UHGV virus genome: UHGV-0310739
DNA length: 32,363 nucleotides
Reading direction: 5' to 3' (one strand)
Origin: a virus
A program made the translations under genes and the position numbers. Shown in pieces: positions 26,590 through 32,363 of the stretch. Below the pieces are notes generated by a model. The model worked only from the letters and a program-made list of their open reading frames with translations. It did not search any database and was not told the origin of the DNA. Positions within the stretch are counted from its first letter, which is position 1, and each line of letters begins with the position of its first letter.

Positions 26590-28077
26590 ATGTTTGAAGA
26601 TGCTTTAAATGCCGTTAATGCTGTCCGGGATAAAATCAGCGGTGGTAAGAAAACAACCGGCAAAGGCACGTTCCGTAACGTGCCGTTTCTCGTCATCGAG
26701 GAGCAAAAACAGGCTGGCGGACGTCGCCTGGTTAAACGCGAGTACCCGTTACGTGATACCGGCGGCGTCAATGACCTGGGGAAAAAGCTTCGCTCCCGTA
26801 CATTCAGCGCCTGCATTCTGAACAGCAACGCAGAAACAGCCAGAGATGAAGCGGGTGCGCTGATGGATGCTCTTGATGCTCCGGGTAGCGGTGAGCTGGT
26901 ACATCCTGATTTCGGCACTGTGGACGTCATGGTGGATTCATGGGAATGCCGCACTAAAGCGGATGAACTGAATTATTACGCGTTCACCGTTACCGTTTAT
27001 CCGTCGTTGCAGGATACTGCCCCGGACGCAGAGACAGACACCAGTGCAGCCGTACCTGCACAGGCCGTTGCTGTAACCGGTTCTCTGGGAGATACGCTGT
27101 CCTCTGTCTGGCAAACCGTAAAAGATGGCACTGCGGCGGCAACCGCCGTGATGGAAGCTGTAACCGGTGTCATCGATGATATCAGTGATGCGGTGGACAA
27201 TCTGGGGGTTACGCAGACTGTCAGCGGTCTGATGGGATCGCTTTCTGCGATGAAAGGCTCTGTGACCAGCCTGATTAACCAGCCTGCCATGCTGGCCTCC
27301 TCGCTGATGGGGGCGCTGTCCGGCGTTTCATCGTTATGCGATACCCGGACAGCATTTTCCACATGGAACCGTCTGGCGCAGCGATTCGAACCTCGCCATG
27401 CCGCCACCGCAGGCAGACAGGGGACAATCACAACCTCGTACAACAGTCCGGTTGCAGAAAAAAATATTGCCACACTGAACTACGTCATGCTGGCAGCGGC
27501 GCAGACATACCGGGCAGAAGCTGCCAGTCAGGCACTGACTGCGGCACTGGATTTCAGTCGCCGGATGGATAATGCCGCCCGTGCACCTGTACTGGATGCC
27601 CCGTCCACCACAACCGGCACAGCCAGCGGGGCCAGCAGCACATCTGCTACTGTCACACAGGGACAGTTACAGTTAACTGCCATAACCCCGGACGGCGGCT
27701 TTTCACAGGTATCCTTTTCAGACAGTGGTACAGCCACGCCCCCGGTATTTGAAAGTGTGTCCGATATCGGAAAAACAGCCGCCATGCTGGGGGCTGCACT
27801 GGATACCGTCATTCTGACGGCATCTGAGCAGGGCTTTTCGACAGACAGCGTTCAGCTTACGCAACTGCGTCTGCTGGTTGTTGCCGACCTGGAAAAACGC
27901 GGGCTGCAACTGGCGGGCAGTGAAACGCACCGCCTGCCGGAGACGATGCCTGCAATGGTGGCCCTGTACCGTTACACAGGAAACAGCCGGAACTGGCAAC
28001 GGCTGGCCCGCAGGAACGGTATCAGCAACCCGTTGTTTGTTCCCGGTGGCGTCAGTATTGAGGTGATTAATGAGTAA
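26590..28077 (+). CDS. DNA circularization protein N-like (Mu gp43)
   Basis: 495 aa immediately after the tape measure; synteny and size. Confidence 0.8.
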   Translation: MFEDALNAVNAVRDKISGGKKTTGKGTFRNVPFLVIEEQKQAGGRRLVKREYPLRDTGGVNDLGKKLRSRTFSACILNSNAETARDEAGALMDALDAPGSGELVHPDFGTVDVMVDSWECRTKADELNYYAFTVTVYPSLQDTAPDAETDTSAAVPAQAVAVTGSLGDTLSSVWQTVKDGTAAATAVMEAVTGVIDDISDAVDNLGVTQTVSGLMGSLSAMKGSVTSLINQPAMLASSLMGALSGVSSLCDTRTAFSTWNRLAQRFEPRHAATAGRQGTITTSYNSPVAEKNIATLNYVMLAAAQTYRAEAASQALTAALDFSRRMDNAARAPVLDAPSTTTGTASGASSTSATVTQGQLQLTAITPDGGFSQVSFSDSGTATPPVFESVSDIGKTAAMLGAALDTVILTASEQGFSTDSVQLTQLRLLVVADLEKRGLQLAGSETHRLPETMPAMVALYRYTGNSRNWQRLARRNGISNPLFVPGGVSIEVINE

Positions 28078-29209
28078 TACCGTCACGCTGCGAACGGATG
28101 GCAGGCTTTTTACCGGCTGGACGTCAGTCTCTGTCACCCGCTCGATTGAATCCGTAGCCGGATATTTTGAGCTGGGGGTGAACGTGCCACCGGGCACGGA
28201 TTTATCCGGGCTGGCACCGGGGAAGAAGTTCACGCTCGAAATCGAGGGGCAGATTGTCTGCACCGGTTATATCGATTCACGGCGACGCCAGATGACCGCT
28301 GACAGTATGAAAATCACTGTCGCCGGACGTGACAAAACGGCTGACCTGATTGACTGTGCTGCCGTTTACAGTGGCGGGCAGTGGAAAAACCGCACACTGG
28401 AACAGATTGCGCGTGACCTGTGCGCTCCTTATGGCGTTACCGTTCGCTGGGAGCTTTCCGATAAGGAAAGTTCGGCAGCTTTTCCCGGCTTCACGCTGGA
28501 CCATTCAGAAACCGTTTATGAGGCGCTGGTGCGTGCCTCCCGCGCACGCGGTGTACTGATGACCAGCAATGCCGCAGGAGAGCTGGTATTCAGCCGGGCT
28601 GCCAGCACAGCCACTGATGAGCTGGTTCTCGGAGAAAATCTGCTGACACTGGATTTTGAGGAAGACTTCCGCGACCGGTTCAGCGAATACACCGTCAAGG
28701 GGTATGCCCGCGCAAACGGTGCTGAGGGTGATGATATTGATGCGAAAAGTATCGTCTCCCGGAAAGGGACCGCCACTGACAGTAATGTGACCCGTTACAG
28801 ACCGATGATCATCATTGCCGACAGCAAAATTACGGCGAAGGATGCACAGGCCCGCGCCCTGCGTGAGCAACGCCGCAGACTGGCAAAATCCATCACCTTT
28901 GAGGCAGAAATTGACGGATGGACACGCAAGGACGGGCAACTCTGGATGCCGAACCTGCTGGTCACTATTGATGCATCGAAATATGCCATCAAAACCACAG
29001 AATTACTGGTCAGCAAAGTCACCCTGATACTGAATGACCAGGACGGGCTGAAAACCCGCGTCAGCCTTGCACCACGCGAAGGCTTTCTGGTGCCGGTTGA
29101 AAGCGACCGTAAAAACAGGAAAGGCGACGACAGTAACGGCGGTATTGATGCGCTGGTTGAAGATTATTATCGCAGACACCCGGAGAAAACGCCGCCGTGG
29201 AAAGAGTAA
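28070..29209 (+). CDS. Baseplate hub protein (Mu gp44/P)
   Basis: 379 aa (the size I recall for Mu P); overlaps the N stop. Confidence 0.8.
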   Translation: MSNTVTLRTDGRLFTGWTSVSVTRSIESVAGYFELGVNVPPGTDLSGLAPGKKFTLEIEGQIVCTGYIDSRRRQMTADSMKITVAGRDKTADLIDCAAVYSGGQWKNRTLEQIARDLCAPYGVTVRWELSDKESSAAFPGFTLDHSETVYEALVRASRARGVLMTSNAAGELVFSRAASTATDELVLGENLLTLDFEEDFRDRFSEYTVKGYARANGAEGDDIDAKSIVSRKGTATDSNVTRYRPMIIIADSKITAKDAQARALREQRRRLAKSITFEAEIDGWTRKDGQLWMPNLLVTIDASKYAIKTTELLVSKVTLILNDQDGLKTRVSLAPREGFLVPVESDRKNRKGDDSNGGIDALVEDYYRRHPEKTPPWKE

Positions 29210-29790
29210 ATGATTCCGCCCTGAACCGCCTGCTGATGCCGCTGATGCGTCGTGTGCGCCTGATGCTTGCGCGCGCTGTTGTTAACGTGATTAACGACGG
29301 GCGAAAGGTTCAGAACCTGCAGGTCGGCCTGCTGGATGATGAGGAATCTGATGAAGTGGAGCGCCTGCAAAATTACGGGCATTTCAGCGTTCCCCTGCCG
29401 GGAGCAGAGGCGCTGATTGCCTGTGTGGGCGCACAACGTGATCAGGGGATTGCTGTTGTGGTGGAAGACCGCCGCTACCGCCCGACAAATCTTGAACCGG
29501 GTGATGCAGGCATTTACCACCACGAGGGGCATCGTATCAGGCTGACAAAGGACGGACGCTGCATCATTACCTGTAAAACGGTTGAGGTTTACGCTGATGA
29601 AAGTATGACAGTTGACACACCCAGAACCACGTTTACCGGCGACGTTGAGATCCAGAAAGGTCTGGGCGTTAAAGGTAAAAGCCAGTTCGACAGCAATATT
29701 ACTGCCCCGGATGCCATCATCAATGGCAAATCGACGGATAAGCATATCCACCGTGGCGACAGCGGCGGAACCACGGGGCCAATGCAATGA
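29197..29790 (+). CDS. Baseplate spike/assembly protein (Mu gp45/Q)
   Basis: 197-aa ORF; synteny. Confidence 0.7.
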   Translation: MERVNDSALNRLLMPLMRRVRLMLARAVVNVINDGRKVQNLQVGLLDDEESDEVERLQNYGHFSVPLPGAEALIACVGAQRDQGIAVVVEDRRYRPTNLEPGDAGIYHHEGHRIRLTKDGRCIITCKTVEVYADESMTVDTPRTTFTGDVEIQKGLGVKGKSQFDSNITAPDAIINGKSTDKHIHRGDSGGTTGPMQ

Positions 29791-30224
29791 CCGATTTAGC
29801 CATTATCTGGACGAACGGACGCGGCGATATTGCACAGGATGGCATTGATATGCTGACCGACGACAGCCTGACAACCGATGTGACAATCTCCCTGTTTACC
29901 GACCGGCGCGCGCTGGATTCTGACACGCTGCCGGATGGTTCAGATGATCGCCGTGGATGGTGGGGTGACAGTTACCGCGACCGCCCCATCGGTTCGCGGT
30001 TGTGGCTGTTATCACGTGAAAAAGCCACACCGGATACGCTGGAACGCGCCAGAGGGTATGCCGAAGAGGCGCTGGAATGGCTGAAAACAGCGGGCCGGGT
30101 AAGTGCGATTAACGTCAGAGTGGAACAGTTACATCAGGGCTGGTTATACCTCTACATTGCACTGACATTACCGGATGGTTCCGTTATTCCTTATGAGTTT
30201 AAAGCAGCATTTAACGGGGTTTAA
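29787..30224 (+). CDS. Baseplate wedge protein (Mu gp46/V)
   Basis: 145-aa ORF; synteny. Confidence 0.7.
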   Translation: MTDLAIIWTNGRGDIAQDGIDMLTDDSLTTDVTISLFTDRRALDSDTLPDGSDDRRGWWGDSYRDRPIGSRLWLLSREKATPDTLERARGYAEEALEWLKTAGRVSAINVRVEQLHQGWLYLYIALTLPDGSVIPYEFKAAFNGV

Positions 30225-31307
30225 ATGGCTTATTCACCACCGACATTATCATCGCTGATTGCCCGTACAGAACAGAATATTGAACAGCGCCTGCCGGGTA
30301 GCTGGCCTCAGGCCCGTGAAAAAACGCTGAGTGCCATTGCTTATGCTCAGGCAGGCCTTGCTGCCGGTTGTCACGAGCATATTTCATGGGTTGGACGGCA
30401 GATTATCCCGTCGACAGCAGATGAAGATGAGTTGCTGGAGCACTGCCGGTTCTGGGGCGTGCGCCGCAAACAGGCGACAGCCGCCAGCGGCCCGCTGACT
30501 GTCACCACATCGGCAGCGACCACCATTCCTGCCGGTACACGCTGGCAGCGTGCTGATGGTGTGGTTTACAGCCTGGCTGATGCCATTGTGATTGACCGTG
30601 CAGGAACGACGGAAATTACCGTTACCGCACTGGCTGCCGGTGAAGCAGGAAATACCGGTGAGAATACCCTTTTAACGTTGATCACCCCGGTTGCCTGTGT
30701 TGTTTCCGATGCCATCACTGTAAAAGGGTTTTCCGGTGGGGCAGATATTGAGAGTGCAGCGGAGCTGCTGTCACGGCTGGAATATCGTGTCCAGTATCCT
30801 CCGTTCGGCGGTAATCAGTTTGATTACGTCCGCTGGGCACGTGAAGTCAGCGGCGTTACCCGTGCCTGGTGTTTTCCGACATGGAAAGGCGGTGGCACAG
30901 TCGGGGTGACGTTTGTTATGGATAACCGGATCAATATTTTTCCACAACCGGCAGATGTGGAACGTGTGGCGGATTATATCGCCGGTCATACTGACCCGAT
31001 AACCGGCCTGATTGTCGGGCAGCCTGATGGTGTAAATGTCACGGTATTTGCGCCAAAGGCAAAGCCGGTAAATCCACGGATTTATATATCACCGAAGACA
31101 GCCGAACTGAAACAGGCTATTACTCACGCCATTAATACCATGTTTTTTAATGAGGTGACGCCGGGCGGCGCACTTGCCCCCTCCCGTATTATCCGTGCGG
31201 TGGCAGGTGTTACCGGTCTGGATGATTTTGAAGTGCGTTTCCCGACAGAGATCCAGCGTTCGGAGAATACGGAACTGTTAACACCGGGGACAATTGAATG
31301 GCTGTAA
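30225..31307 (+). CDS. Baseplate J-like wedge protein (Mu gp47/W)
   Basis: 360-aa ORF; synteny. Confidence 0.75.
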   Translation: MAYSPPTLSSLIARTEQNIEQRLPGSWPQAREKTLSAIAYAQAGLAAGCHEHISWVGRQIIPSTADEDELLEHCRFWGVRRKQATAASGPLTVTTSAATTIPAGTRWQRADGVVYSLADAIVIDRAGTTEITVTALAAGEAGNTGENTLLTLITPVACVVSDAITVKGFSGGADIESAAELLSRLEYRVQYPPFGGNQFDYVRWAREVSGVTRAWCFPTWKGGGTVGVTFVMDNRINIFPQPADVERVADYIAGHTDPITGLIVGQPDGVNVTVFAPKAKPVNPRIYISPKTAELKQAITHAINTMFFNEVTPGGALAPSRIIRAVAGVTGLDDFEVRFPTEIQRSENTELLTPGTIEWL

Positions 31308-31840
31308 CACCCTATCAGACGGCCTTTCTGCAATTACTGCCGTCAGGGCTTGCCTGGAATAAAAGCCCCGACAGCAAATTATCTGCGCTGGCGCAGGCCA
31401 TCAGCGACGTGATTGCCACTGCGGCGGATGATGCGCGGCAAATGCTGCGGGAGCGTTTCCCGTCCACATCCCGCTGGTATCTGGGGGAGTGGGAATCATT
31501 TCTGGGGTTGCCGGACTGTACCAGCGAAAACGGCACCCTGTCCGAACGCCAGCGGGCTGCCGCGAATAAAATGCGTATGACCGGCAATCTGAGTCGGCGC
31601 TTTTATGAATGGCTGGCTGCGCAGTACGGTTTTACCGTCAGGCTGACGGATTCCACAGAAGGCCAGTGGGTTACGCAGGTCAATATTTACGGTATTAAAA
31701 ATTATCGCAACGCAACGGTGCTGGATAATGTTCTGACGCCGTTACGTGTTTATGAATCGGGTGCGCTGGAATGTTTACTGGAGAAATATAAACCCGCACA
31801 TCAGATTTATAAATTTGTTTACCATGACGGAGATAACTAA
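31298..31840 (+). CDS. Baseplate/tail protein (Mu gp48/R)
   Basis: 180-aa ORF; stop overlaps the next start (TAATG). Confidence 0.7.
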   Translation: MAVTPYQTAFLQLLPSGLAWNKSPDSKLSALAQAISDVIATAADDARQMLRERFPSTSRWYLGEWESFLGLPDCTSENGTLSERQRAAANKMRMTGNLSRRFYEWLAAQYGFTVRLTDSTEGQWVTQVNIYGIKNYRNATVLDNVLTPLRVYESGALECLLEKYKPAHQIYKFVYHDGDN

Positions 31841-32363
31841 TGTTTTATATTGATAACGACAGCGGCGTAACCGTCATGCCGCCCGTATCCGCCCAGCGTA
31901 GTGCTATCGTTCGCTGGTTTTCAGAAGGTGACGGGAATAATGTTATCACATGGCCCGGCATGGACTGGTTTAATATTGTGCAGGCGGAGTTATTAAACAC
32001 GCTGGAAGAAGCCGGTATTCAACCGGATAAAACAAAATTAAACCAGCTTGCACTGTCCATTAAAGCCATTATGAGCAATAACGCGCTGCTGATAAAAAAT
32101 AACCTCAGCGAAATTAAAACTGCCGGGGCATCAGCACAGCGTACAGCACGTGAAAATCTGGATATCTGGGATGCCAGCCTGAACAAAAAAGGACTCGTTC
32201 AGCTAACCAGTGCCACTGACAGCCCCAGTGAAACGCTGGCAGCCACCGCAAAAGCGGTGAAAATTGCGATGGATAATGCCAATGCCCGTCTGGCAAAAGA
32301 CCGGAACGGAGCAGATATTCCCAATAAGCCGCTGTTTATCCAAAACCTCGGTTTACAGGAAAC
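31840..32363 (+). CDS. Tail fibre protein S, N-terminal constant part (truncated by window end)
   Basis: ATG 31840 opens a frame that runs to the window end without a stop (MFYIDNDSGVTVMPPVSAQRSAIVRWFSEGDGNNVITWPGMDWFNIVQAELLNTLEEAGIQPDK...); position after the baseplate genes; not in ORF track because no stop lies in the window. Confidence 0.75.
   Translation, partial: MFYIDNDSGVTVMPPVSAQRSAIVRWFSEGDGNNVITWPGMDWFNIVQAELLNTLEEAGIQPDKTKLNQLALSIKAIMSNNALLIKNNLSEIKTAGASAQRTARENLDIWDASLNKKGLVQLTSATDSPSETLAATAKAVKIAMDNANARLAKDRNGADIPNKPLFIQNLGLQE

Larger units (their letters stand above)
324..32363 (+). mobile_element. Mu-like transposable prophage, left end through start of tail fibre gene S (right end lies beyond the window)
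   Basis: Terminal 5'-TG at 324 followed by tgtattgattcacttgaagtacgaaaaaaaccggg, which matches my recollection of the Mu left end; three transposase-binding repeats at Mu-like offsets; Mu-like gene order c-ner-A-B...gam...gemA-mor-C-lys-head-tail. Confidence 0.9.

Noticed and set aside
1-32363. CRISPR arrays, tRNA or rRNA genes
   Set aside because: No regularly spaced repeat arrays and no tRNA-like or rRNA-like segments were apparent on reading the sequence; the only periodic repeat is the 3-unit decamer at 7751-7776.

Overview
This window is almost entirely a Mu-like (Muvirus-type) transposable prophage, read from its left end (attL, about position 324) rightward to the start of the tail fibre gene S, where the window stops. 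Positions 1-323 are flanking DNA carrying the N-terminal part of an HK97-family prohead protease gene on the minus strand, so the Mu-like element appears to sit inside another prophage's head-morphogenesis locus. Gene order follows Mu: repressor c (minus strand), ner, transposase A, activator B, a block of small early genes including gam, then gemA and mor, the late activator C, a lysis cassette, head genes, and tail and baseplate genes. Product calls rest on motifs I can read in the translations plus remembered Mu synteny and protein sizes; no database search was possible. The main candidate for something undescribed is an AT-rich island at about 7.93-8.6 kb carrying a strongly initiated, acidic 119-aa ORF on the opposite strand of the otherwise rightward early operon. 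A second is a start-less open frame filling the gap between the tail assembly chaperone gene and the tape measure gene, which may be a programmed-frameshift extension.
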